Below, one piece after another: positions 10,568-19,554 of a DNA stretch of 64,000 bases (positions are counted from its first letter, which is position 1; the number at the start of each line of letters is the position of its first letter). The notes below the pieces were generated by a model, which had not been told where the DNA came from, searched no databases, and saw only the letters and a list, made by a program, of their open reading frames with translations. The stretch comes from Thermodesulfovibrionales bacterium (GTDB lineage Bacteria > Nitrospirota > Thermodesulfovibrionia > Thermodesulfovibrionales > SM23-35): the NCBI GenBank assembly GCA_963753165.1, contig CAVWBP010000002.1, forward strand, positions 80,301-144,300, in the 5' to 3' direction. A program made the translations under genes and the position numbers.

Positions 10568-10739
10568 TAATACCGGTCTGTTCCTTGTATTCGGGGATAA
10601 TCTTTTACAGAGGAGGGCATGGATGGACAAGAAAAAAGCTTCGGCCAAGCCAAAAGGCAAAAAAGGAAAATAAGATTCACCGCATGATTTGGAGAAGCAG
10701 GAAAAAACTTACAAAGATGAAAAAAGGAGACAAACAAGA

Positions 10740-11342
10740 ATGAAGAAAATTACTATTACCTTTCTGATCTGCAGCCTGTTGGCGGTGCTTCTCGTTACGG
10801 GATGCGCCAAACAGCCTACAGAAGATATTAAAGCTGCACAGGTTTCAGTCGATGCCGTTGTGGCCGAAGGTGCTCAGAAATACGCGCCTGAAGATGCGAA
10901 GATGATCACAGAAGCGATGACTGCAGCAATGGAAGAGATCAAGGTGCAGGACGGAAAAACCATGAAGGACTACGGCAAGGCCAAGGAGATGCTTGCCAAG
11001 GTGAAAGCTGATGCCGAGGCGCTCAAGTCCAATCTCCCGATGAAGAAAGAGCAGGCAAAAAATACCGCCCTTACTGCACAGGAAACCGCAAAGACAGCGG
11101 TGCAGGAGGCGAAAACCCTGCTTTCAAAGGCGCCGAAGGGAAAGGGCTCCAAGGCAGATATAGAGGCGCTCAAAGCAGATGTCAAGGGGCTTGAAGATTC
11201 TCTCGCAGAAGTCCAGGCAGCAATGGACGGCGAAGATTACGGCGCGGCAATGGAAAAGGCGGGCAGCATCAAAGAGAAAGCAGGAGAAGTCTCCGCCCAG
11301 GTTACCCAGGCCATGGAGAAAGTCGGCACAAAAGCAAAATAG
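10740..11342 (+). CDS. Ala/Lys/Glu-rich lipoprotein, function unknown
   Basis: Lipobox signal MKKITITFLICSLLAVLLVTGC, with AGGAG 11 nt upstream of ATG 10740. Predicted helical, low-complexity body. Confidence 0.7.
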   Translation: MKKITITFLICSLLAVLLVTGCAKQPTEDIKAAQVSVDAVVAEGAQKYAPEDAKMITEAMTAAMEEIKVQDGKTMKDYGKAKEMLAKVKADAEALKSNLPMKKEQAKNTALTAQETAKTAVQEAKTLLSKAPKGKGSKADIEALKADVKGLEDSLAEVQAAMDGEDYGAAMEKAGSIKEKAGEVSAQVTQAMEKVGTKAK

Positions 11343-11368
11343 AATAACTATTCAGGCGATATCCGACG

Positions 11369-12466
11369 TTGAACCTGAGTCGCATTCAGAACATATTGCT
11401 CGCAGTGGCACTTCTGTGCCTTGCAGGCTGCACTGAACCTCCGATACCTCCAGAGGTAAAACAGGCAGAGGAACAAGATATTGCCCTCTGGAGGTCGGAG
11501 GCGCCTGTGTACCTGCCGGAAGAATATGGACAGTATAAAGAAGCGCTTATCAAGGCAAAGGCCGATTTTATCAGGGAGAGATCGAGGCTGATCCTCTTCC
11601 GCAATTATATCCATGTGCAGTCAGAATTCAGACACCTTTTGCAGAGCGGTAATTCCATAATCGGACAACTGGAGGGAAAGAAGCGGGAATTTTCCCGGAA
11701 CATAGAGGAGAAGTTGTCGTTTCTTGGCAATCAAATAGAGATGCTGAAGGGGCTGTCAAAAACGATGAATGAAGGACGCCTGGCCAGGAGGGACCTCATA
11801 CAGGCGGAAGTCATCCTGATCGAAGCGAAGAAGCGCTTTGAAAAAGGAGATTATATAGGCGCTGATGAAAAGACACCCTCGCTTGCCGAACACATCAATG
11901 CCGCAGAGAAGACACTCTATCCGATAGTAACCCGGTATTCAGATAAAAAACAGATCGGGCAATGGCAGCAGTGGTTTGATGATACGATTGCCGAATCACG
12001 CACAAGGAATATCCCTGTAATTATAATCAATAAAAGTGAACGCACACTCACGTTCTATAAACGAGGGAACGCCCTAAAGAGTTATAAGATCGGGCTCGGC
12101 AGGAACGGATCAAAGGATAAACTCCATGCAGGAGATTATGCAACACCCGAGGGGAGATACAGAATTATCAAAAAATTACCAAGGAGCCGTTATCACAAGG
12201 CCCTGCTCATAAACTACCCGAATGAGGATGACCGGAGGCAATTCGAAGCTGCAAAGAAAAAAGGGCTCATTCCCCGAACAGTCAGCATTGGAGGGTTGAT
12301 AGAAATACACGGCGGCGGAAAAGACAGCATGACCTATGGCTGTATTGGCATGGACAATCAAAACATTGATGAACTCTACGGATTAACAAGCGTCGGAACG
12401 CCGGTCACTATTATCGGAGCAGTTGCCTCGATGAACAGATTTTCCTCGACGGTTCAGGGAAAGTAA
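11369..12466 (+). CDS. L,D-transpeptidase (YkuD domain) lipoprotein, TTG start
   Basis: Lipobox LLCLAGC. C-terminal YkuD catalytic region: YKIGLGRNG...GLIEIHGGGKDSMTYGCIGMDNQNIDELY (H...GC motif). Confidence 0.8.
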   Translation: MNLSRIQNILLAVALLCLAGCTEPPIPPEVKQAEEQDIALWRSEAPVYLPEEYGQYKEALIKAKADFIRERSRLILFRNYIHVQSEFRHLLQSGNSIIGQLEGKKREFSRNIEEKLSFLGNQIEMLKGLSKTMNEGRLARRDLIQAEVILIEAKKRFEKGDYIGADEKTPSLAEHINAAEKTLYPIVTRYSDKKQIGQWQQWFDDTIAESRTRNIPVIIINKSERTLTFYKRGNALKSYKIGLGRNGSKDKLHAGDYATPEGRYRIIKKLPRSRYHKALLINYPNEDDRRQFEAAKKKGLIPRTVSIGGLIEIHGGGKDSMTYGCIGMDNQNIDELYGLTSVGTPVTIIGAVASMNRFSSTVQGK

Positions 12467-12469
12467 GCG

Positions 12470-13099
12470 ATGTTCCGGGATAAAAAAACCCTGTTTGCCT
12501 CGGCTGCTTTGTTCCTTTCCCTGTTGATGTGGGGCGCGGGATTCTATATCGGAATGTGGCCGCCCGTCGAGACAGAGGGTAAGGGTTCAGACAGGAGCGT
12601 ATCCAGGCTGAAATCTGAAAACCAGTATCTGAAGCAGAGGATAAAGAGCATGGCTCCGGATGTTATTTATATTGTGATTGACAGCGGGAATAACAGGCTT
12701 TACCTGAAAAAAGGGGCCAGGGTTATCCGTGAAGCGGTCGTATCCTGTGGAAGCGGTGCAGTGTTGAGAGATCCGGACAAGAAAACCACATGGGTGTTTG
12801 ATACCCCACGGGGAGTCTTTACGGTCCAGACGAAACATGTTGCGCCGGTCTGGACAAAGCCTGACTGGGCTTTCATTGAAGAGGGCGAAAAGATTCCGGG
12901 TACGGTACAGGGGAGAATGGAGACGGGGATGCTTGGGGATTATGCGCTCGGCTTCGGCAGCGGTTACTTTATACACGGAACGCTCTATACGAGATTGCTC
13001 GGCAGAAATGTGACACATGGGTGTGTCCGTGTTGGTGACGAAGACCTCAAGGCCTTATTCGCAGCGACGGACATCGGGACAAGAATTTACATCTTTTAA
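12470..13099 (+). CDS. L,D-transpeptidase (YkuD domain), membrane-anchored
   Basis: N-terminal TM segment. YkuD motif GYFIHGTLYTRLLGRNVTHGCVRVGDEDLKALF. Confidence 0.85.
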   Translation: MFRDKKTLFASAALFLSLLMWGAGFYIGMWPPVETEGKGSDRSVSRLKSENQYLKQRIKSMAPDVIYIVIDSGNNRLYLKKGARVIREAVVSCGSGAVLRDPDKKTTWVFDTPRGVFTVQTKHVAPVWTKPDWAFIEEGEKIPGTVQGRMETGMLGDYALGFGSGYFIHGTLYTRLLGRNVTHGCVRVGDEDLKALFAATDIGTRIYIF

Positions 13100-13100
13100 T

Positions 13101-13721
13101 ATGCGTATCAAAATACTGTTTCTCATCTTAACGCTTATGCTGCTCCCCTTCCAAACCTTTGGAGAGGGCCGGGCAAGCTTTGCAAAGGAAAACGGGCTCC
13201 TCAGAGAAGAGTGGTCATTGGCACAAAAGTCAAATCTCTATGTGGTCGTTCAGTTAAAAGAAAAAACCATACAGATAAAGGCAAAAGGAATCGCTTTGCG
13301 GGAATTCCCGATACACCATATTGACCTTTGGGGGAACAATGTGCCTGACAAGGCGCTGGCCCTGGTGAAAAAGAGCGCGTTGGTGAAACCGTCAAGAAAG
13401 GCCGTCAGGCCTGGAGACATGAAGGAATCGGAGGATTTTACCCTTGATGTGCTTGAGCTCGATGATATGCCAATACGGTACACCCTTGTGCTTGATAACA
13501 GGGTATTCATATCAATACGTCCCTCGGAAGGAGTGACTTCAAAATTTGGAAATACGCTCTCATCTCTGGAGGAATTTCTCGTGAGACCTGCGGTTACCTT
13601 CTGGTATGCAGTGCGCGGGAAACAATACACTGCGCTGGATCTCGGACTTGAGAAACAGGATGCCAAAGCCCTGTACTGGTCTTTCACCGAAGGTGCGAAG
13701 TGTATTGTATATCCACAATAA
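13101..13721 (+). CDS. Secreted hypothetical protein, last gene of the L,D-transpeptidase cluster
   Basis: Signal peptide MRIKILFLILTLMLLPFQTFGEG begins at ATG 13101, immediately after the previous stop. No catalytic motif recognised. Confidence 0.6.
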   Translation: MRIKILFLILTLMLLPFQTFGEGRASFAKENGLLREEWSLAQKSNLYVVVQLKEKTIQIKAKGIALREFPIHHIDLWGNNVPDKALALVKKSALVKPSRKAVRPGDMKESEDFTLDVLELDDMPIRYTLVLDNRVFISIRPSEGVTSKFGNTLSSLEEFLVRPAVTFWYAVRGKQYTALDLGLEKQDAKALYWSFTEGAKCIVYPQ

Positions 13722-13778
13722 TGACCCCGATGCTTTTGATCTGGCAGCATCCCTGCTCCGGATCGGACAGGAGAGAAG

Positions 13779-15593
13779 ATGATTGAACGAGAGTCCTCTC
13801 TTAAAGGTATCATGAAATCTCTCGGTCTTGTCTTTGGCGATATAGGAACCAGTCCCATCTATACGGTAACGGTAATCTTCATCTTCCTCAAACACAGCAA
13901 CGACAATATCCTGGGCGCGCTTTCCTTAATTGTCTGGACGCTCACAATCCTGGTAAGCATACAATTCGCATGGCTGGCTATGAGTCTGAGCATCCGGGGA
14001 GAGGGCGGCAAGATCGTTCTCAAAGAGATACTCCTTCCCTTACTCAAGAAAAGGAAGAGCGCCGGACTGGTTTCGTTTCTCGCAATTATCGGGGTTTCAC
14101 TGCTTATCGGCGACGGAATCATAACCCCGGCAATAAGCATATTGAGCGCAGTCGAAGGCGCTGCGCTTATCCCGGGATTTGAGCATCTCTCCGGAACTGC
14201 CATAGTGCTCATCGCAATGGTTATCGCTCTTGTCCTTTTCTCATTTCAGAAGAGAGGCACCGAAAAGGTTGCAGGGATCTTCGGCCCTGTCACCGCGATA
14301 TGGTTTCTTTCACTCGCGATATCCGGGATTGTTGCCATTGCCGAAGCGCCCCAGGTGCTCGTTTCTCTCAACCCCTATTATGGATTGAAGTTCCTCGTTG
14401 AGAATAAGCTTGCGGGATTTTTTCTCCTCGGTGAGATAATCCTCTGCGCGACAGGCGGGGAAGCCCTCTATGCCGATATGGGACACCTGGGGGGAAAACC
14501 CATACGCCAGGCATGGGTAGGGGTTTTCGCTGCCCTTGTTTTGAACTATCTGGGACAGGGAGCTTTCCTCATGAATCATCCTGAGGCAAAGAGCATCCTA
14601 TTCGAGATGATACTGTATTATGCGCAGTCCCTCTATGTGCCGTTCCTGCTTCTGAGTGTAGCGGCAACGATTATCGCTTCGCAGGCGATGATCAGCGGGA
14701 CATTTTCTATGGTATACCAGGGAATTACCACGCGGCTTCTGCCTGCGTTTGAGGTGAGTTATACGTCAGAGGAGAGAAAATCCCAGATTTACATAGGGTC
14801 AGTGAACTGGTTCCTTCTTGCGGCCGTGCTTTTTGTCATGTTTGAATTCAGGGAGTCTCACCGTCTTGCTGCTGCATACGGAATAGCAGTAACCGGCACT
14901 ATGGTCATTACGGGAATTTTCATGACCCTTATCTTTTCTCTGAAGAGGAAGAGAACGCTTGCAGCGATTTCAGCCTTTGTTACAGTTGTTGATGCTGTGT
15001 TCTTCGCTTCAAATCTCTACAAACTGCCGCACGGGGGCTACTGGTCCCTGCTTCTGGCTGCGCTGCCGCTTGGAATGATACTTCTTTACATGCATGGCCA
15101 GAAAAAACTGTACAGGACGATGGATTTTATGCCCCTTGATGAATTTCTCCATAAATTCAAAAGAGTATATGCGGTGAAAGAAAAACTGGAAGGCAGCGCT
15201 CTTTTTCTGATTAAGGACATACAGGATATCCCGTTCTATGTCACGCAGACAATGTTTTTTCACAACATTATTTATGAGGACAATATTTTTGTATCGCTCA
15301 TTAAAAGAGAGGACCCGTATGGAATGACGGGATTTTTCAGAGAAGGGCTTGCATCCGGGCTGAGGGTTTTTGAGGTGCAGGTTGGGTATATGGAGGTGAT
15401 TGATGTCGAAGAAATTCTGCGAGAAGCAGGCATCGAGGAAAGAGTTGTCTTCTACGGCCTTGAAGATATTTCCACACCGAATATAATCTGGAAATTGTTT
15501 GCGTTAATGAAAAGGATAATGCCTCCCTTCGTGCGTTTCTATAATTTCCCGCCCAAGAAACTCCATGGGGTATTTACGAAAATTCAGCTTTAA
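13779..15593 (+). CDS. kup: KUP/HAK/KT potassium uptake transporter
   Basis: Contains LGLVFGDIGTSPIYT near the N-terminus and GGEALYADMGHLG. Roughly 12 hydrophobic segments are followed by a cytoplasmic C-terminal domain. Confidence 0.93.
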   Translation: MIERESSLKGIMKSLGLVFGDIGTSPIYTVTVIFIFLKHSNDNILGALSLIVWTLTILVSIQFAWLAMSLSIRGEGGKIVLKEILLPLLKKRKSAGLVSFLAIIGVSLLIGDGIITPAISILSAVEGAALIPGFEHLSGTAIVLIAMVIALVLFSFQKRGTEKVAGIFGPVTAIWFLSLAISGIVAIAEAPQVLVSLNPYYGLKFLVENKLAGFFLLGEIILCATGGEALYADMGHLGGKPIRQAWVGVFAALVLNYLGQGAFLMNHPEAKSILFEMILYYAQSLYVPFLLLSVAATIIASQAMISGTFSMVYQGITTRLLPAFEVSYTSEERKSQIYIGSVNWFLLAAVLFVMFEFRESHRLAAAYGIAVTGTMVITGIFMTLIFSLKRKRTLAAISAFVTVVDAVFFASNLYKLPHGGYWSLLLAALPLGMILLYMHGQKKLYRTMDFMPLDEFLHKFKRVYAVKEKLEGSALFLIKDIQDIPFYVTQTMFFHNIIYEDNIFVSLIKREDPYGMTGFFREGLASGLRVFEVQVGYMEVIDVEEILREAGIEERVVFYGLEDISTPNIIWKLFALMKRIMPPFVRFYNFPPKKLHGVFTKIQL

Positions 15594-16810
15594 CTCTTTA
15601 CGCCTATGTGCCGTACCCCCGATGGTTTCCAGGCGGGAGAGATGACGCGGGGCGGGGCAATGTTCCTGAGATACGACGCCCATATGAGCTTGAAGTCGCC
15701 ATGCCGGTCGTTTACCGCATCAATTGCCTGAAGGAGGGCCTTCTCTTTTCTCTGCTCCGCAAATAACAGCGTCTGGCCCTGGTCTCTGACAAGGTTTGAA
15801 AGAGATACGCCGAGCAATCTCACGCTGTCTTTCAACGTGATGGTGTCGAGGATGGAGACAGCGTTCCGGTAAATCTCGTGAGTATGGTTTGTGTGCCCGG
15901 CGAGTGTTGTCTGCTTCGAAAACGTCTCAAAGTCAGGATACCTCACTGTGAGAGTTACTTTTCTCCCGATGAACCCGTATCTCCGCGCCCGTCTCCCTAC
16001 CATATCGCTCAGCTTGAGCATCTCCGCCTCTATCGCACTCCTCTGCGAGAGGTTCTTCTCGAAGGTCATGCTGTGGCCGATGGATTTGGGGTCTTCCTCG
16101 TGCACATGGAGCGGCCTGTTGCATATACCCATGCCCATGGCCTTGAGATGTTCGCCGACGATGCCGAATTTATTCCGCAGAAGACTTGCCGGCGCTCTTC
16201 CCAGTTCACCGCAGGTTTTGATTCCCATGGCGTCAAGTTTCTCCGAAAGCCGGGAGCCGATTCCCCAGAGTTCTTTTACAGGAAGACATTCAAGTGCGGA
16301 CCCTGCATCTTCAGGCCTGATCCACTTCAGGCCGTCCGGCTTTGCAATATCACTCGCAAGCTTTGCGAGAAGGATGTTGGGAGCAATTCCTGCGGTACAA
16401 TTGATGCCGAACTGTTTTTTGATCTCTCTTTTGATGGTATTTCCGATTGCTTCCGGTCCGCCGAAAAGATGGTGTGAGGCGGTGACATCGAGAAACGCCT
16501 CATCGATGGAATACGCCTCAACCTCAGGGGTAAACCGGAGATATATTTTCTGCAGTTCCCTGCAGGTATGGGTATATTTCTCGTTGTTCCCGATCACAAA
16601 AATAAGAGGGGGGCAGAGCTTCTTTGCCTCGTACAGGTTCATGCCCGTTTTTACGCCGTATTTCCTTGCCTCGTAGGAACGGGTTGTGATGACCGTTCTG
16701 CCCCCGGACCCGATGACTGCAATCGGTTTTCCCCGGAGCTTCGGATTGGACTGCTGCTCCACCGAGGCAAAAAATGCGTCCATGTCTATGCAGAGGATTA
16801 TTTTAGACAT
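15590..16810 (-). CDS. dinB: DNA polymerase IV (Y-family translesion polymerase)
   Basis: Contains ILCIDMDAFFASVEQ, SIDEAFLDVT and LPVKELWGIGSRLSEKL. Confidence 0.93.
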   Translation of the reverse strand: MSKIILCIDMDAFFASVEQQSNPKLRGKPIAVIGSGGRTVITTRSYEARKYGVKTGMNLYEAKKLCPPLIFVIGNNEKYTHTCRELQKIYLRFTPEVEAYSIDEAFLDVTASHHLFGGPEAIGNTIKREIKKQFGINCTAGIAPNILLAKLASDIAKPDGLKWIRPEDAGSALECLPVKELWGIGSRLSEKLDAMGIKTCGELGRAPASLLRNKFGIVGEHLKAMGMGICNRPLHVHEEDPKSIGHSMTFEKNLSQRSAIEAEMLKLSDMVGRRARRYGFIGRKVTLTVRYPDFETFSKQTTLAGHTNHTHEIYRNAVSILDTITLKDSVRLLGVSLSNLVRDQGQTLLFAEQRKEKALLQAIDAVNDRHGDFKLIWASYLRNIAPPRVISPAWKPSGVRHIGVKS

Positions 16811-16822
16811 ACACCACTACCT

Positions 16823-16856
16823 CACCCAACCCTCCCCTTATAAAGGGGAGGAGGTC
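16823..16856. repeat. Family-B hairpin repeat (CCTCCCCTT-loop-AAGGGGAGG), copy 1
   Basis: Perfect 9-bp stem 16831-16839/16843-16851, with the conserved leader cacccaac. Confidence 0.8.
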
Positions 16857-16864
16857 TTTTATGA

Positions 16865-16902
16865 AATCCCCTCCTTAACAAGGAGGGGTATGGGGAGGTT
16901 TT
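16865..16902. repeat. Family-A hairpin repeat (CCCCTCCTT-loop-AAGGAGGGG + tAGGGGAGGTTTT), copy 1
   Basis: Perfect 9-bp stem 16868-16876/16880-16888. Fills the dinB/acyltransferase gap together with the B copy. Confidence 0.8.
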
Positions 16903-17761
16903 ATGCCTTAATGGATGCTCCCCATTGCCGGAGATGACTGATTATGAAATCGATAATCTTTTTCTGTTCATCCTTGCCGGTCCCATGAATCGAAAAGGGC
17001 TGGCCGAAGACCATATGGATGGGTTTGGTGCGGTTGATAGTCCCCAGGTCTTTCAGATATTTGCCGTTTGCCCAGAAATCTGTCTTGATGGCCACGGGTA
17101 TAACCTGCACACCGGCAGCCCTGGCAAGTTTGACGCCCAAAGAATTAAACTCCTCCGGTATAAATGCTGCGCTTCTGGTGCTCTGGGGGAAAATGATGAT
17201 TGAAGTCCCTTTGGCCAATAATTCTTTCCCTTTGGTCATAACGGTCTGAAAATCTTCACGGGGATTCTTCCTGCTCACAAGGATAGGGGACCTGGCGCGC
17301 ATTACCGGTCCGAACAGGGGGTGTGTCGCCAAACTTTCCTTGACTACAAATGTGACCTTTATAAAAGGAGCGATTATACAGGGAAGTGTCATGGTTTCCA
17401 GGATACTCATATGATTGCTGATAAAAACTACGGGACCCTGACAGGAATGCAGGTTGTCCAATCCCCTCAGGTGAAACCTTCCGCCGCACCCTTCTATTAT
17501 TTTTAAAACTCTGTAAGAAGACTCTGCCCAGGCTTTCCTGTCGTACAGACCACTGAGCGCTATCGCGCGGGACCTGAATACTTCGCGTATATATTTCCCG
17601 GCAAAATACCACCGGGTATCCAGAGCGAGACGGTCCCCAAGAAAACGCGGCGCATTATCCGGGGTGTCGTACGAGTCGCCGGTAAAAAAGGGTTCCATGC
17701 TTGTCGTATCCTTATCCGTCATGAAAGGATCACTCATCTCTCTCCATTTCCTCTGGACCAC
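16901..17761 (-). CDS. Lysophospholipid (1-acyl-glycerol-3-phosphate type) acyltransferase family protein
   Basis: Contains FISNHMSILETM (HX4D/E block) and IIFPQSTRS (second acyltransferase block). Confidence 0.65.
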   Translation of the reverse strand: MVQRKWREMSDPFMTDKDTTSMEPFFTGDSYDTPDNAPRFLGDRLALDTRWYFAGKYIREVFRSRAIALSGLYDRKAWAESSYRVLKIIEGCGGRFHLRGLDNLHSCQGPVVFISNHMSILETMTLPCIIAPFIKVTFVVKESLATHPLFGPVMRARSPILVSRKNPREDFQTVMTKGKELLAKGTSIIIFPQSTRSAAFIPEEFNSLGVKLARAAGVQVIPVAIKTDFWANGKYLKDLGTINRTKPIHMVFGQPFSIHGTGKDEQKKIIDFIISHLRQWGASIKA

Positions 17762-17898
17762 TCACTCTTTGTTTTTGCGGATACAATGCTCAATTACCTG
17801 CCAACTCAGGGAATTATAAACACAGATACTGTGAGATTACTACGTTATCCCTCTGCTTTCTGAAACATTGTATCCCCGGTTCATCTATTTTGCAATTT

Positions 17899-17932
17899 AA
17901 AACCCCACCCGCTCTTTCCTTAGGAAAGCGTG
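17899..17932. repeat. Degenerate family-B-like hairpin
   Basis: The aaaaccccaccc leader is followed by CTTTCC-tta-GGAAAG. Confidence 0.4.
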
Positions 17933-17967
17933 GATTTCTGTCGGAAGCTTTGGAGTAATTTATTATC

Positions 17968-18003
17968 AAACCCCACCAACCTCCCCTTGGAAAGGGGAGG
18001 ATT
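17968..18003. repeat. Family-B hairpin repeat, copy 2
   Basis: Sequence aaaccccaccaaCCTCCCCTTggaAAGGGGAGGatt. Confidence 0.8.
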
Positions 18004-18266
18004 AGAGGACGCTCCGTGAAGAGGATCAGAGGACACCCCCGGTACCCCGTGAGAGGATTAAAGGATGCCTCATGAAGAGAAAATGGGTTCAAAAATATTA
18101 TCCGTTTTAGCAAAACATCTCCAGTAGCCTTCTCCTTAATTACCCCAGAGGCAGGGAGAAACCCATGTCCCCCTTTAGAGATACCCCAGAACCCTCATTT
18201 CGAAAGGCGAGGAAACAGGAAGCCGCCTTCCTCAGCAAAGAGGTCCCTCAGTAGCAGAGAGGTTCT

Positions 18267-18305
18267 AATCCCCTCCTTTACAAGGAGGGGTAGGGGAGGT
18301 TTTTG
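18267..18305. repeat. Family-A hairpin repeat, copy 2
   Basis: Sequence aatCCCCTCCTTtacAAGGAGGGGtaggggaggttttt. Confidence 0.8.
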
Positions 18306-18352
18306 AATACCATTACCGCTTTCTCTCCCTTTGGAAACAGGTGAAATTTATG

Positions 18353-18592
18353 TTATACCTCCAGCCTCTCCAGTCTCCACACAAGCGATGCGGTATCGAA
18401 GCTCAGTTCATACAATGTCTTTCCATCTGTTATCGAGAAATGGTATATCTTTGTCTGCCCCTCTTTTGTCTGCCATACATAGGTAATGTCTTTGACTTCG
18501 AATAATTTCCCGTTCCACCTGAACTTTACCGGTCTTATTTTGTACGGCATTCCGAAGGAGGCGACGACGCTTATGGTTTCTCGGATGTCCAT
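18353..18592 (-). CDS. Small hypothetical protein (79 aa) between lexA and the acyltransferase/dinB genes
   Basis: Intact ORF MDIRETISVVASFGMPYKIRPVKFRWNGKLFEVKDITYVWQ... on the same strand as lexA and dinB. No family recognised. Confidence 0.45.
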   Translation of the reverse strand: MDIRETISVVASFGMPYKIRPVKFRWNGKLFEVKDITYVWQTKEGQTKIYHFSITDGKTLYELSFDTASLVWRLERLEV

Positions 18593-18677
18593 GGTTCTGG
18601 TATCTTTTGAGAATTAATTCCAAACAGGTCTTTTTACCTCTATCCCCTCTTGCAGGGAGTAAGGGAGTTAAATAGAA

Positions 18678-18716
18678 AAATCCCCTCCTTTACAAGGAGG
18701 GGTGGGGGGAGGTTTT
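18678..18716. repeat. Family-A hairpin repeat, copy 3
   Basis: Sequence aaaTCCCCTCCTTtacAAGGAGGGGtggggggaggtttt. Confidence 0.8.
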
Positions 18717-18732
18717 AGAAAAATGCCTCATC

Positions 18733-18770
18733 AAAACCCCTCCAACCTCCCCTTGGAAAGGGGAGGAGAC
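18733..18770. repeat. Family-B hairpin repeat, copy 3
   Basis: Sequence aaaacccctccaaCCTCCCCTTggaAAGGGGAGGagac. Confidence 0.8.
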
Positions 18771-18842
18771 AGGAATATAGTCCGTGTAACTTGAGGACAA
18801 AATTGTCATAGGCGTAATCCTGTATAAGAATTTCTCACGCAA

Positions 18843-19448
18843 TTACATTTTCCTTATCACCCCGACAACCTTCCCGATCACGGTTACTTCATGGGGACTA
18901 TGTTCTGTCGGCTGCATGGTTCTGTTTTCAGGCTTCAGGACTATTTTATTTTTGTCCCGATACACCCTTTTTACCGTTGCCTCGTCTTCCAGCAGGACTA
19001 CCCCGATCTCCCCGTTTTCGAGGGTCCTCTGCGGTCTTACGATCACATAATCGCCTTCCAATATTCCTGCTTCGATCATACTGTCCCCTGTGACCGTTAA
19101 AGAGAATGAATCATCGTGGGGAAACAGGGACCTGTCAATCAGAATATGCGCATCGATATCTTCTCTCGCCAGTATCGGTTTGCCCGCGCGTATCCTTCCT
19201 GCAACCGGAAGCATCACCCCGTCGGAAGGCATTAACCCCGGGATCTCTATCCCCCTGGATTTTGAAGGGTTTACCTTTATGAACCCTTTTTTCTCAAGCG
19301 CCTTGAGATGCACCCGCGCCGCCGCCCAGAGGAATTGAAAGTGCCCGCCGATTTCCCTGACCGTAGGCGGGTAGCCGTGGTTTTTCGTATATTCCCTGAG
19401 AAAATCGAGGATACGTTTCTGTTTGTCCGTAATGGCTTTCATATACAA
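18843..19448 (-). CDS. lexA: LexA SOS repressor (start 19448 or ATG 19442)
   Basis: Winged-helix N-terminus: KQKRILDFLREYTKNHGYPPTVREIG. S24 peptidase domain: VAGRIRAGKPI, TVTGDSMIEAGI, VVLLEDEATVKRV (Ser/Lys dyad context). Confidence 0.93.
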   Translation of the reverse strand: MYMKAITDKQKRILDFLREYTKNHGYPPTVREIGGHFQFLWAAARVHLKALEKKGFIKVNPSKSRGIEIPGLMPSDGVMLPVAGRIRAGKPILAREDIDAHILIDRSLFPHDDSFSLTVTGDSMIEAGILEGDYVIVRPQRTLENGEIGVVLLEDEATVKRVYRDKNKIVLKPENRTMQPTEHSPHEVTVIGKVVGVIRKM

Positions 19449-19472
19449 ATATATTCCTCTTTAGTCGGAAGG

Positions 19473-19525
19473 GGCTGGGCAGGGTAGTTTCGGGAAAAGC
19501 GTTGTTCCCTGATCCCTGCCCAGCC
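19473..19525 (-). other. Long stem-loop in the presumed lexA 5' leader
   Basis: Perfect 12-bp arms GGCTGGGCAGGG (19473-19484) and CCCTGCCCAGCC (19514-19525) with a 29-nt loop. No T-run follows on either strand. Confidence 0.5.
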
Positions 19526-19554
19526 TCTCCTCAGAAAGTGGGGGAAAATATATA

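Noticed and set aside
17814-18113. 99-aa ORF (minus strand), and likewise the 73-aa ORF at 52626..52847
   Set aside because: Both are translations of the intergenic hairpin or palindromic repeats (PFPRGGWWGL..., VIPACPESFFRIPKAFGTDKRE). The same peptides recur wherever the repeats occur, so they are not genes.
16823-18770. Possible CRISPR array suggested by the recurring ~35-nt hairpin repeats
   Set aside because: Two different repeat families alternate, the spacing is irregular (tens to hundreds of nt, with genes in between), the units are self-complementary REP-like hairpins, and no cas genes are present in the window.
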